A stretch of 64,000 nucleotides of DNA from an uncultured Flavobacteriaceae bacterium (GCA_963739625.1 CAVUAU010000007.1:66581-130580); one strand, 5' to 3'. Shown: positions 29,067 through 38,939, counted from the stretch's first letter. A program made the numbers and translations. The notes: generated by a model from the letters alone, not told the origin.

Positions 29067-29488
29067 TAATCTTTCTTTTTTGGAAGGGTGATGGTGGTGA
29101 GTTTCACCAGGGAAATCAAATTATCGTCCTCATCGGTGATCCTGATATCCCAAAGCTGGGTGGTTCGGCCTTTATGGATATAAGTAGCCTTTGCAAAAAC
29201 ATAACCTTCAGAAATGCTTTTTATATGGTTGGCAGAAATTTCAATTCCGCGAACGTAATAATCATCAGTATTTAAGAAAACGAAGCTGGCCATACTTCCA
29301 ACAGTTTCGGCCAGGGCTGCTGTAGCGCCTCCATGCAGCACGCCATCCGGCTGATGCACTCTTGGCGTCACCGGCATTCTTGCCACCACATAATCATCGC
29401 CTACCTCGGTAAACTCGATTTCCAGGGTTTCCATGAGCGTGTTAGGACACATTTTTTTTGACAGCTCCAGCATTTCCTCCTTGGTCAT
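29066..29488 (-). CDS. menI: PaaI/hotdog thioesterase, probable DHNA-CoA thioesterase
   Basis: HQPDGVLHGGATAALAETVGS; directly upstream of menF. Confidence 0.75.
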   Translation of the reverse strand: MTKEEMLELSKKMCPNTLMETLEIEFTEVGDDYVVARMPVTPRVHQPDGVLHGGATAALAETVGSMASFVFLNTDDYYVRGIEISANHIKSISEGYVFAKATYIHKGRTTQLWDIRITDEDDNLISLVKLTTITLPKKKD

Positions 29489-29528
29489 AATCGAGTTTGG
29501 TTTTTTGGGAAGGTAAAGATACAAAAGC

Positions 29529-29554
29529 AAAAGCTGCCTGGAAACAGGCAGCTT
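29529..29554 (-). terminator. Intrinsic terminator of paralog D
   Basis: AAAAGCTGCCTG-GAAA-CAGGCAGCTT. Confidence 0.7.
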
Positions 29555-29578
29555 CTCAAAAATTAAACATTATTCTTC

Positions 29579-31546
29579 CTATTTATCTCCCAAAAAGTCT
29601 GTTACTGTGAACACTTGTTGATTCCTGCGGTACTTGTTGTTTATAGAAGTTGCTGATGCCGCGGATATAGGCGAAACATCAATTTTCGCCACACCTCCAA
29701 GGACATGGGTGTTGGTTGAATCATAAAACAATGGAAAATCATCAGCGCCTGGTTCAATAATTGAAGAACAAGCTATACTCAATTCATCAATACCTTCCAT
29801 TATAGGATGCTCTCTCAAGGAAACTGAAGGAATTTTTATGTGAGGTTGCCCTTGGGTCTCCAAACAATCCACATATCCTCCAGTGTTTCTTAAAACAGCT
29901 CCCATGCTGATTAAAAAATCGTTTTCAATAGGGATTCCTGCTCCATAAACATCTTCATGTTCTCCCATAAAAATTATTCTTCCTCCTTCAGCAGCAAAAG
30001 ATTTAAGGGAATTTATAACTTCTACAGAATATTGAGCCAACGGCAAGACCAGCATAACGACTTTAACATCTGCAGGGATATTCAAAAGATCATCCTGAGC
30101 AGAAGTATCTGAAATAGTATACCCCTCTGCTTCAATTACAGTTCTCATCTCACTCCACAGGGTTATAAAAGTCGACGGTGTGCCGAGGGTATTCTGGTAA
30201 TTATACATGAAAACATCTCCCGAATTTCGGCTTCCCGTTGTGGTAAAATTGATCAGATTTTGCACTAATCTTACATTGTTGGGGTCTTCCATGGCAGCCG
30301 CATCAAAAATGTTTGCATCGTTTAGAACAACTATGTCTCTACCCGGCACTGTTATGGCTTCACAGCCGTTTTGATCTACCTCCACTCCGGGATCGGTATC
30401 AAGGCAATTATCCACGCCATTCAGTACCCCATCATTGTCGCAATCCTGGTTTGGATCTCCGGGATCACATTCTCCAGTAATTTCACATCCATTGGCGTCA
30501 ACTTCTGTTCCTGGAGGAGTATTCGGACAATTATCCTGATCATCAATTACGCCATCGCCATCACTATCTACGGGAGGTTCTCCGTCATCTCCGCAACCAA
30601 ATCTTATATGCTGATAGTAAACGTTATCATCCCCATCAAAATTAGCCACAATGTCTGCCCTGCTTAAAGTTCCAGAATATTGCATGGAGGGAGCATCACC
30701 GTAGACGGCTTCCCAGTCCAGTAGAGAAACTTCATAATACATGTAGGCTACATCATCTTCAAAAGATGGAAGATTAGGTAAGGCTAAACATAAGGGTGAT
30801 GCATAGGCATCCCCATCATCGTTGGTACCGATCGAATTTAGAACACCTGAATAAAGCACATCTCCGGTGGCATCGGTACCCAACCAAATATTTACTGAAT
30901 AAGCCGCAGGATAATGTCGTCCATCAGGGTTACAATAGTTGGCGAAGAAGCAGTATGTAAAAGTCTCGATGGCTTCCACATCAAAGAACTGATATCCATA
31001 CTCATTTACATCGCGGTCATCAAAACAAACCACCGGTACATCAACATATTTTTTGACTCCGGCACCCAAATTAAAATCTAAAGGCAAAGCATTTTCTACA
31101 AAATTTGCCATTGCGCCACCTTCTATAGGGGCCACCCAGATGACATCCAGGTCTGCGTTTCGAACTACAAACCAATCAAGGCTATAAGGCCCCGGTTCGA
31201 GCTCAAGATCTGCATGTTCTTCGGTAAAATATTCGTCCACTCCATCGTTGTCGTAATCACCCGGAGTGGGATTTACAGAAACCCGAAGCGGACTACTCAT
31301 TGACCCGACTTCGGTAGTACCGCTCAGAACAATATCAACAAAGGCAGGCGCATCCCCAGAACAGGTTGGAAAGTCCAGCTGCTGCTTTAAATCTGAACTT
31401 TTGTTGACAAGGTCATTCAAAATGGCTCCAAAAGAAAGGGTCGCCTTTTCATCGCCAGGAATAAAAGGGTCTTCTTCCTTGCTACAAGAGGTAAACAACA
31501 GCGTACTGGCTGCTAACAGAACGAAAAAAAGTTTAAGCTTTTTCAT
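29579..31546 (-). CDS. Modular surface lipoprotein, paralog D: shared N-terminal region + TSP3-like repeats + GldG/DUF4350-like alpha/beta domain
   Basis: Lipobox FTSC-SKEED; [34 protein letters not shown]; DSDGDGVIDDQDNCPNTP; IPADVKVVMLVLP..LKSFAAEGGRIIFMGEH. Confidence 0.8.
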   Translation of the reverse strand: MKKLKLFFVLLAASTLLFTSCSKEEDPFIPGDEKATLSFGAILNDLVNKSSDLKQQLDFPTCSGDAPAFVDIVLSGTTEVGSMSSPLRVSVNPTPGDYDNDGVDEYFTEEHADLELEPGPYSLDWFVVRNADLDVIWVAPIEGGAMANFVENALPLDFNLGAGVKKYVDVPVVCFDDRDVNEYGYQFFDVEAIETFTYCFFANYCNPDGRHYPAAYSVNIWLGTDATGDVLYSGVLNSIGTNDDGDAYASPLCLALPNLPSFEDDVAYMYYEVSLLDWEAVYGDAPSMQYSGTLSRADIVANFDGDDNVYYQHIRFGCGDDGEPPVDSDGDGVIDDQDNCPNTPPGTEVDANGCEITGECDPGDPNQDCDNDGVLNGVDNCLDTDPGVEVDQNGCEAITVPGRDIVVLNDANIFDAAAMEDPNNVRLVQNLINFTTTGSRNSGDVFMYNYQNTLGTPSTFITLWSEMRTVIEAEGYTISDTSAQDDLLNIPADVKVVMLVLPLAQYSVEVINSLKSFAAEGGRIIFMGEHEDVYGAGIPIENDFLISMGAVLRNTGGYVDCLETQGQPHIKIPSVSLREHPIMEGIDELSIACSSIIEPGADDFPLFYDSTNTHVLGGVAKIDVSPISAASATSINNKYRRNQQVFTVTDFLGDK

Positions 31547-31657
31547 AAGTGATTTTTTATTGGTTAAATAAATTTCCATTACTTATTCTTGAAAAGAATA
31601 AGCATCAATGACTCACGTAGGGAAATTAACAGTGGTAGGCTAACCAATTGAACTTGA

Positions 31658-31687
31658 GGTTGGGTTGGGTTGGTTTGGTTTGGTTTG
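31658..31687. repeat. Pentamer tandem repeat (GGTTG)3(GTTTG)3 upstream of paralog D
   Basis: Read directly from sequence. Confidence 0.75.
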
Positions 31688-32167
31688 ATTGTATAGATAG
31701 AACTTAGAAATTCTTTTTTTAGAAATCGACCTGATATCATCATAAAGAATTTCCCCTAAACAAAAAGTTCAGTAATTCATCTGTCCCTTTTCCAGGAATA
31801 GGACAGCACAGGTTCCAATAAAGAGGGGGAAATTAGGTTAAGAAGAATGAGGCACTAATCTTTGAGCTCAAAAGAGATTTCAATTTAGTATTTTTCACAG
31901 GCAACCACACCCTCTTCTATTATTGACCCTACAAGTTTAACCTACTGTTAGTAAGAATCTTACAATCAAACAAATAGATAAACAAGAAGAAATGGTTCGC
32001 CCTCAGTTCCTTAGAAGACCAATTTTTAAAAACTGAACATTTATTAAATTAGGTTTTCATTAACAGGTAAAATCCTGTTAATTGTAGGAAAAAATGTTTT
32101 ATTTAAATGGACACATCTTTTGATTTATGCTATTTGTCATCAAAAAGTCTGAAATTCCAAATTGAGA

Positions 32168-32809
32168 ATGATCAACGAAAAAGAAGTTTCTTACAGCAGC
32201 ACCAACAGCTATAGCACCCTTCACGAACGCAGCGATAAAACTAAGAACGTATGGGTGGTTTTCCACGGAATCGGTTACCTGAGCCGCTATTTTCTGAAAT
32301 ATTTTCGACACCTCAACCATGAAGAAAATTATCTTATTGCGCCGCAAGCGCCCTCTAAATACTACCTCAACGGGAAGTATGAACATGTTGGCGCTTCATG
32401 GGCTACACGTGAAAATACAGAGGCCGGGATGCAGAACGTGATGAGCTACCTCGACGAGATCTATAAAAAAGAGGATCTGGAAAATGCAAAAAACCTGGTG
32501 CTTTTAGGTTACTCGCAGGGCGTTTCTGTAGCCACGAGATGGGTAGCGAGAAGAAAATTAGATCCGGCGCAGTTGATCCTACACTCGGGAAGAGTTCCGC
32601 AGGAGATCGAACCTGAAGACCTGCAGCACCTGCAAAACTGTCGTATGAGCTTTATCTACGGCACCGAAGATCCTTTTATTGACAAAGAATTTTTGCAGAC
32701 AGAAAAAAAGCGTTTAAAAATGTTATTCCCGGAAGGGCTTCAGTTTGTTCCTTTTGACGGCGGACATGAGGTGAATAAAGAGATCATTCAGAAGTTGGCG
32801 GGGGAGTAA
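32168..32809 (+). CDS. Alpha/beta hydrolase esterase
   Basis: VFHGIG, GYSQG nucleophile motif, GTEDPF, FDGGH. Confidence 0.85.
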   Translation: MINEKEVSYSSTNSYSTLHERSDKTKNVWVVFHGIGYLSRYFLKYFRHLNHEENYLIAPQAPSKYYLNGKYEHVGASWATRENTEAGMQNVMSYLDEIYKKEDLENAKNLVLLGYSQGVSVATRWVARRKLDPAQLILHSGRVPQEIEPEDLQHLQNCRMSFIYGTEDPFIDKEFLQTEKKRLKMLFPEGLQFVPFDGGHEVNKEIIQKLAGE

Positions 32810-32833
32810 AAATAGAAAAGAGACCGCTGCGCT

Positions 32834-32861
32834 TCTAGACTTTAGACTTTAGACTTTAGAA
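32834..32861. repeat. Heptamer tandem repeat (TTTAGAC)n
   Basis: TCTAGAC TTTAGAC TTTAGAC TTTAGAA. Confidence 0.7.
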
Positions 32862-32950
32862 GCCTAAGCTTTTAATTGTCCTCATTATCGCAGAAGTTTC
32901 TTCTTATAAAATACAATTTATCCGGTGTCACCTGAGCGGAATAAGAATAA

Positions 32951-33240
32951 TTAAAGTTCAATGGAAATTTTCACTTTTCCGCCCAGGCCTTTTTCCACTA
33001 TATCGTATAGAGTTTTGAGGGTAAGATTACTTCCATTATTCTCGACACGGGAAATGTAAGTCCGTTTCTTATCCACCAATTCTGCCAACTGCTCCTGAGT
33101 CATCTTCTTTTCCTCACGAGCTTTTCTCAACAAATTCCAATCTTAAAAGATTCGAAATCTCTCTCCAACTCATCTCTTCTGGATGTTCCCTTTTTTCCGT
33201 AAACTTCATCCTTTATTGTTTTCCAATCTTTTGTCTCCAT
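32951..33240 (-). CDS. XRE-family HTH antitoxin (HigA-like), frameshift near 33135
   Basis: METKDWKTIKDEVYGKKGTSRRDELE...LRKAREEKKMTQEQLAELVDKKRTYISRVEN; TGATG coupling to toxin. Confidence 0.8.
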
Positions 33241-33587
33241 CACTTTTTGTTTTTATCGAAATAGTAGGACTTCATTAGGTTTAAAGCTTTTTCAATTTCC
33301 TTTTTTGGTGTTTTCTGAGATTTTTTAGCAAAGCCATTCAATAGAATAACAAGTTTCCCTTCATCAAAGAAGCAAAAGACTCTCCAAATGTCAGAACCCA
33401 GTTTAATTCTTGCTTCATACAGTTCTTTTGTACCCTTTATTGCTTTGAGATAGTTAGAGGGAATTCTTTCAACGGTCTCTATTGCCTCAATCACCTTGAA
33501 TATTTTATCCTGAACTTTCCTGGGCTGCCTGACAAGAAAATCTTGAAAATAGTTCTTGTAACTTATTACTTTTCTAATCCTGTTCAC
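33240..33587 (-). CDS. RelE/ParE-superfamily toxin (HigB/Gp49-like)
   Basis: LYEARIKLGSDIWRVFCFFDEGKLVILLNGFAKKSQKTPKKEIEKA; upstream of HTH antitoxin. Confidence 0.85.
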   Translation of the reverse strand: MNRIRKVISYKNYFQDFLVRQPRKVQDKIFKVIEAIETVERIPSNYLKAIKGTKELYEARIKLGSDIWRVFCFFDEGKLVILLNGFAKKSQKTPKKEIEKALNLMKSYYFDKNKK

Positions 33588-33591
33588 TTTA

Positions 33592-33613
33592 CAAATGTAA
33601 CTTAAAAGTTACA
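33592..33613 (-). promoter_or_regulatory. TA promoter (-7 TACATTTG) overlapped by an 18-bp operator palindrome
   Basis: TGTAACTT-AA-AAGTTACA at 33596-33613; -7 box at 33599-33592, 4 nt before the GTG start. Confidence 0.7.
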
Positions 33614-33667
33614 AAACCGCAAGAAGAGCTTGAAACCAAATCCAGGGCCATGGGATTCGGGCAGAAC

Positions 33668-33972
33668 CTCTCGACTCCCTGCCTGTCGGCAGGCAGGCGC
33701 TCGAGGTGACATTCTTCTTTACTTCCTGCCGGCAGACATGGATTGGAAAAACTTTTTGGAAGAATTCCCACCCCGGCCTTCGGCCACCCCTCCGCCGGAG
33801 GGGACTAATTGAACGTATGTTTTTAATATCAAGATGAAGCGTCATCCTGAACTTGTTTTAGGATCCCTTAGAAGCCGAAACAAGTTCAGCTTGACTCACA
33901 CGAACAAAAAAAACGCAGCCAAATGGCTGCGCTTCTTAATTATCTGGAGTAGATCCCTCCTTTCGTCGGGAT
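33668..33972. repeat. Cluster of REP/RPE-like palindromic elements
   Basis: 33668-33711 nested element; 33768-33804 CCACCCC..CACCCCTCC..GGAGGGGA; 33841-33895 GTCATCCTGAACTTGTTT..AAACAAGTTCAGCTTGAC; 33951-33972 AGATCCCTCCTTTCGTCGGGAT. Confidence 0.75.
33906..33931 (-). terminator. dnaK intrinsic terminator
   Basis: A8-CGCAGCCA-AA-TGGCTGCG. Confidence 0.75.
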
Positions 33973-34014
33973 AAGCGATTCACAAGGTTTTGCTTCACAA
34001 AACCTGTTCTCTGC

Positions 34015-35940
34015 TTATTTCACTTCTTCGAAGTCTACGTCCTCTACATCATCACCTTGCTTAGAGTCACCTCCGGCTTCTCCACCCTCGGCTCCGGTTG
34101 CACCTTGTTGGGGTCCTCCCGGCTGTCCGCCTTGCTCGGCTTGTGCTTTGTACATTTCTTCAGAAGCTGCTTTCCATGCCTCATTGATCTTGTCTAATGC
34201 AGGCTGAATTGTGTCTACTTCTTTAGTTTCGTAAGCTTTCTTCAACTCTTCCAAAGCGTCTTCGATAGGCTTCTTCTTGTCATCAGAAAGTTTATCACCA
34301 AATTCTTTCAGCTGTTTTTCAGTCTGGAAGATCATTGCATCAGCTTCGTTAAGCTTATCAACTTTTTCTTTGGCTTTCTTATCGGCATCGGCATTAGCTT
34401 CAGCTTCCTGTTTCATCTTTTGGATCTCTTCTTCAGTAAGACCTGAAGAGGCCTCAATTCGAATATCCTGAGATTTACCGGTTGCTTTATCTGTAGCGCT
34501 AACTTTGATGATACCGTTGGCATCAATGTCAAAAGTCACTTCAATTTGAGGTGTTCCTCTTGGCGCCGGTGGAATTCCGTCAAGGTGGAATCTACCAATT
34601 GTCTTGTTATCATTCGCCATTGGACGCTCTCCCTGCAACACGTGGATCTCAACAGAAGGCTGATTGTCGGCCGCGGTAGAGAATACCTGTGATTTCTTGG
34701 TAGGAATAGTGGTGTTAGACTCGATCAATTTGGTCATCACACCTCCCATAGTTTCAATACCAAGAGAAAGCGGAGTTACGTCAAGAAGCAATACATCTTT
34801 TACGTCTCCTGTAAGTACACCACCCTGGATAGCAGCACCAATTGCCACAACCTCATCTGGGTTCACACCTTTAGAAGGTTTTTTTCCGAAGAACTTCTCA
34901 ACTTCTTCCTGGATCTTAGGGATACGGGTTGATCCACCAACAAGAATTACCTCGTCAATATCACTTTTTGAAAGCCCTGCATCGCTAAGCGCTTTTTGCA
35001 CAGGATCCATAGAACGTTTCACCAAAGTATCGGCAAGTTGCTCAAATTTAGATCTTGTCAAAGTTTCAACAAGGTGTTTTGGCCCTGAAGAAGTTGCTGT
35101 TACGTAAGGCAGGTTGATCTCGGTTTGAGAGGAAGAAGAAAGCTCAATTTTAGCTTTTTCGGCAGCCTCTTTCAAACGCTGAAGTGCCATTGGGTCTTTT
35201 CTAAGGTCGATATCTTCCTGTTTCTGGAAAGTATCGGCAAGCCAGTCGATGATGACTTCATCAAAGTCGTCACCACCAAGGTGAGTATCTCCGTTTGTAG
35301 AAAGTACCTCAAATACTCCGTCTCCCAATTCAAGGATAGAGATATCAAATGTACCACCACCAAGGTCATATACAGCGATCTTTTGATCCTGTGATTTTTT
35401 GTCCAAACCGTAAGCAAGTGCAGCTGCGGTTGGTTCGTTGATAATACGTCTTACTTTAAGACCTGCGATCTCCCCGGCTTCTTTTGTAGCCTGACGCTGA
35501 GAGTCATTAAAATATGCAGGTACGGTAATAACCGCTTCTGTAACGTCCTGTCCAAGATAATCCTCAGCAGTTTTCTTCATTTTTTGAAGGATCATTGCTG
35601 AAAGTTCTTGCGGAGTGTACATACGACCGTCAACCTGAACACGTGGAGTGTCATTATCTCCTTTCACCACTTTGTAAGGAACTCGTCCTGCCTCTTTAGA
35701 AGACTCAGAATATTTGTTCCCCATAAATCTTTTAATGGAAGAAATGGTTTTCTCAGGGTTGGTTACGGCCTGTCGTTTAGCAGGATCTCCTACTTTTATT
35801 TCGCCTCCTTCTACAAAAGCAATTACAGAAGGAGTAGTTCTTTTTCCTTCGGCGTTAGGAATTACCGTGGGCTCGTTACCCTCCATTACGGCAACGCACG
35901 AGTTGGTAGTACCTAAGTCGATTCCAATAATTTTACTCAT
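34015..35940 (-). CDS. dnaK: Chaperone DnaK
   Basis: [34 protein letters not shown]. Confidence 0.98.
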   Translation of the reverse strand: MSKIIGIDLGTTNSCVAVMEGNEPTVIPNAEGKRTTPSVIAFVEGGEIKVGDPAKRQAVTNPEKTISSIKRFMGNKYSESSKEAGRVPYKVVKGDNDTPRVQVDGRMYTPQELSAMILQKMKKTAEDYLGQDVTEAVITVPAYFNDSQRQATKEAGEIAGLKVRRIINEPTAAALAYGLDKKSQDQKIAVYDLGGGTFDISILELGDGVFEVLSTNGDTHLGGDDFDEVIIDWLADTFQKQEDIDLRKDPMALQRLKEAAEKAKIELSSSSQTEINLPYVTATSSGPKHLVETLTRSKFEQLADTLVKRSMDPVQKALSDAGLSKSDIDEVILVGGSTRIPKIQEEVEKFFGKKPSKGVNPDEVVAIGAAIQGGVLTGDVKDVLLLDVTPLSLGIETMGGVMTKLIESNTTIPTKKSQVFSTAADNQPSVEIHVLQGERPMANDNKTIGRFHLDGIPPAPRGTPQIEVTFDIDANGIIKVSATDKATGKSQDIRIEASSGLTEEEIQKMKQEAEANADADKKAKEKVDKLNEADAMIFQTEKQLKEFGDKLSDDKKKPIEDALEELKKAYETKEVDTIQPALDKINEAWKAASEEMYKAQAEQGGQPGGPQQGATGAEGGEAGGDSKQGDDVEDVDFEEVK

Positions 35941-35993
35941 AATCTATAGGTTGTTATTTGTTGTTTCCTAAAATTTTTAATCATCCACTTAAA

Positions 35994-36035
35994 GTCAATC
36001 ATTATGCCACCGGAAATTATATGACAGGATGTCAT
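35994..36035 (-). promoter_or_regulatory. Sigma54-like promoter and TGACA-N3-TGTCA palindrome upstream of dnaK
   Basis: Minus strand TGGCAT-AATGA-TTGAC (36009-35994); ATGACAGGATGTCAT at 36021-36035. Confidence 0.5.
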
Positions 36036-36145
36036 TTTTGGCTGCTAAGGCGGCCGAATGAGGTATAAAGGCAGACAAAATTGTCAAAGGATTTTATTCT
36101 GATTTCTTTAACAGGATGCTTACCTTTGCGCGCTAAAGTTTTGAG

Positions 36146-37570
36146 ATGGAAAGTATCAGCGTTTTCGATATGTTAAAGATAGGAGTTGGACCATCCAGCT
36201 CCCACACCTTAGGCCCCTGGCGCGCCGGGGAAAGATGGATAAAAGAACTCAAGGATTCGAAGAAGTTTGATCTGGTTGAGGTAATTGCCATTAATCTCTA
36301 CGGAAGCCTTTCCCTTACCGGAAAAGGACATGCCACCGACCTTGCCTCTGTACTCGGACTTTTAGGTTATGATCCTGTCACCATTCCTGTGGAGAATATC
36401 GAACCCGAGATCAACAACATCAAAACTTTTCACCGGCTTAACCTAAATGGGGAGCGTTCTATAGATTTTAACCTCGAAAACGATATCGTTTTTCACAAGA
36501 AGTTCCTGCCGTTCCACCCAAACGGAATGAAATTCACGGCCAGGCTATCCAACGGAAAATCCACTTCCTCAACCTTCTATTCTATAGGTGGCGGATTTGT
36601 AGTGAAAGAGGAGCGGAAAAATGCGAAAAAGCAACTTAAAAAATTCAAGGAATTCCCTTTTCCTATAGTTAAGGGCACCGACCTTGCTCATTTCTGTAAA
36701 CAGGAGAAGAAAAAGATCTCTGAGATCGTCTACGAAAACGAAAAATCCCTTCGCACCGAAGAAGAAATAGACGCCGGACTCAAGGCAGTATGGGATGTCA
36801 TGCTGGAGTCTATGTACCTGGGCTGTCATACCGAGGGCACCCTGCCCGGCGGATTGAACGTACGCCGAAGAGCTCCCGACTCTCACAAAAAACTCATTGG
36901 AGACTTTAAATATGAAAATCCGGAAGAATGGATCGAAGTTATTCGGAAGACCGAAGTAAAATTCCGCTCCATCCTGAAATGGGTAAGCTGTTTTGCATTG
37001 GGAGTGAACGAGGTTAACGCCTCTCTTGGTCGTGTGGTAACTGCTCCTACTAACGGAAGTGCGGGAGTTATACCGGCCGTCTTAATGTACTATCTGACAA
37101 TCGAAAACCATGATGCGGGCTTTGAAAAGATCAAGCAGTTTTTACTTGTTGCCGGAGAAATTGGCAGCCTCTTCAAAAAAGGTGCAACCATTTCAGCTGC
37201 CATGGGTGGCTGCCAGGCCGAGATTGGAGTTTCTTCCTCTATGGCAGCAGGCGCTTTGGCTGAAGTTATGGGCGGTACTCCGGAACAGGTCATGATGGCT
37301 GCCGAAATTGCCATGGAACACCACCTTGGCCTTACCTGTGATCCTATTGCCGGTTTGGTACAAATTCCGTGTATTGAACGTAATTCCATGGGTGCCATAA
37401 AAGCAATCAACGCTGCTGAAATGGCTTTGGATGCAGATTTTATTCACGCAAAGGTGCCGCTCGACAAGGTGATCGAGACCATGTGGGAAACCGCAAAGGA
37501 TATGAACTCCAAATACAAGGAAACCTCAGAAGGCGGGCTGGCTGTAAGGGTGAGCTTGAGTGACTGTTAA
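36146..37570 (+). CDS. sdaA: L-serine ammonia-lyase (Fe-S dependent)
   Basis: [49 protein letters not shown]; TACCTTTG at 36121. Confidence 0.93.
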   Translation: MESISVFDMLKIGVGPSSSHTLGPWRAGERWIKELKDSKKFDLVEVIAINLYGSLSLTGKGHATDLASVLGLLGYDPVTIPVENIEPEINNIKTFHRLNLNGERSIDFNLENDIVFHKKFLPFHPNGMKFTARLSNGKSTSSTFYSIGGGFVVKEERKNAKKQLKKFKEFPFPIVKGTDLAHFCKQEKKKISEIVYENEKSLRTEEEIDAGLKAVWDVMLESMYLGCHTEGTLPGGLNVRRRAPDSHKKLIGDFKYENPEEWIEVIRKTEVKFRSILKWVSCFALGVNEVNASLGRVVTAPTNGSAGVIPAVLMYYLTIENHDAGFEKIKQFLLVAGEIGSLFKKGATISAAMGGCQAEIGVSSSMAAGALAEVMGGTPEQVMMAAEIAMEHHLGLTCDPIAGLVQIPCIERNSMGAIKAINAAEMALDADFIHAKVPLDKVIETMWETAKDMNSKYKETSEGGLAVRVSLSDC

Positions 37571-37841
37571 CCACCCCGTCCGCCGCGGCGGACACCCCTC
37601 CTTGAAAAGGAGGGGAACATTTTGAAGTCGTAAACAACTTCCCTGCCTTCCGGCAGATGCTGAAACTAATTAGCACTTAGAATTATATTTTTTCCTGCCG
37701 CAAGGCAGATAGAAGCGAAGCAAAACAATTTGAAAAGAACTTCCTCCACCTGTGGAGGGTTTCGCGCAGCGAAATGTCTCTAACAGCTCCCCTCCTTTCA
37801 AAGGAAGGGGGGATCCGCCGCAGGCGGAGACGGGGTGGTTA
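37568..37841. mobile_element. ~274-bp MITE/REPIN-like element with inverted termini
   Basis: TAACCACCCCGTC ... GACGGGGTGGTTA; ~50-bp imperfect inverted repeats at 37568-37616 and 37788-37841. Confidence 0.6.
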
Positions 37842-37934
37842 TACCGGTACTCCCTTTCCTACCCTCCTTTAACTCCTTCTTATCATTCTACCCCTTTAAT
37901 TTTCGATATCTTCTGCTTCATAAAAACAAAAATT

Positions 37935-38939
37935 ATGAAAGCAGCACAAATTCAGGAAAAGGGAGGCGATTTTGTTATCGTCGATCTTGATAAACCCAAA
38001 CCGAAGAAAAAAGAAGTGTTGATCAAAGTTGAGGCCTGCGGAATTTGCCACAGCGATGCTTTCGTTAAAGACGGCACCTTTCCGGGGATTCAATATCCGC
38101 GTGTGCCCGGGCATGAAGTAGTAGGTACCGTGGAAGAAGTTGGTGAAGATGTAGAAATGTGGAAGAAAGGTCAGCGTGTGGGCGTAGGCTGGCATGGCGG
38201 ACATTGCTTCGAGTGCGATCCCTGCCGCCGGGGAGATTTCATCAACTGCGAAAATGCACAGGTAAGTGGGATTTCGTATGATGGCGGGTATGCAGAATAT
38301 ATGACTGCCCCACAAGAAGCTGTGGCAGCAGTCCCGGAAGAACTTTCTTCAGCCGAGGCCGCTCCCCTTCTCTGCGCCGGAATTACAGTTTTTAACGCTT
38401 TAAGAAATTCAGGAATAAAACCGGGAGACCTTGTAGCCGTGCAAGGCATTGGCGGGCTTGGGCATCTTGCCGTGCAGTATGCCGTAAAAATGGGAATGCG
38501 CACCGTAGCCATCTCCCACAGCGACAGCAAAAAAGACCTGGCAAAAGAACTGGGCGCGCAGCATTTTATAAATTCAGAAAAAGAAGATCCGGCAAAAGCG
38601 CTGCAAAAATTGGGCGGAGCAAGATTGATCCTGGCAACTGCTCCGGTAAGCAAAGCGATTACCGCAGTCATTGGCGGTCTTGGAATAGACGGAAAAGTTC
38701 TTTGTGTAGCTGCAACCGGTGAACCTGTAGAAGTTGCTCCCATGCAGCTGCTCATGGGAAGAAAATCTATTGCAGGCTGGCCCAGCGGGACCGCAAAAGA
38801 TTCCGAAGACACATTAAATTTTAGCGCCTTGACCGCTACCCTTCCTATGATCGAGGAATACCCGCTTGAAGAGGTGAACAAAGCCTATGACAGGATGATC
38901 AATAACGAGGCAAGGTTTAGAGTAGTCTTGAAACCTTAA
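37935..38939 (+). CDS. Zinc-dependent alcohol dehydrogenase
   Basis: CGICHSD, GHEVVG, CFECDPCRRGDFINC, LLCAG, GIGGLG. Confidence 0.92.
   Translation: MKAAQIQEKGGDFVIVDLDKPKPKKKEVLIKVEACGICHSDAFVKDGTFPGIQYPRVPGHEVVGTVEEVGEDVEMWKKGQRVGVGWHGGHCFECDPCRRGDFINCENAQVSGISYDGGYAEYMTAPQEAVAAVPEELSSAEAAPLLCAGITVFNALRNSGIKPGDLVAVQGIGGLGHLAVQYAVKMGMRTVAISHSDSKKDLAKELGAQHFINSEKEDPAKALQKLGGARLILATAPVSKAITAVIGGLGIDGKVLCVAATGEPVEVAPMQLLMGRKSIAGWPSGTAKDSEDTLNFSALTATLPMIEEYPLEEVNKAYDRMINNEARFRVVLKP

Noticed and set aside
33589-33845. Small ORFs containing CLPAG/PACRQAG peptides
   Set aside because: Translations of palindromic repeats with no independent coding signal
37752-37934. N-terminal extension of the alcohol dehydrogenase
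   Set aside because: Reads through the inverted-repeat element; the family-like sequence starts at ATG 37935
38171-38881. Long antisense ORFs (38171-38881, 61950-62693, 12836-13447, 27293-27862)
   Set aside because: Fully overlap well-supported genes on the opposite strand and carry no motifs
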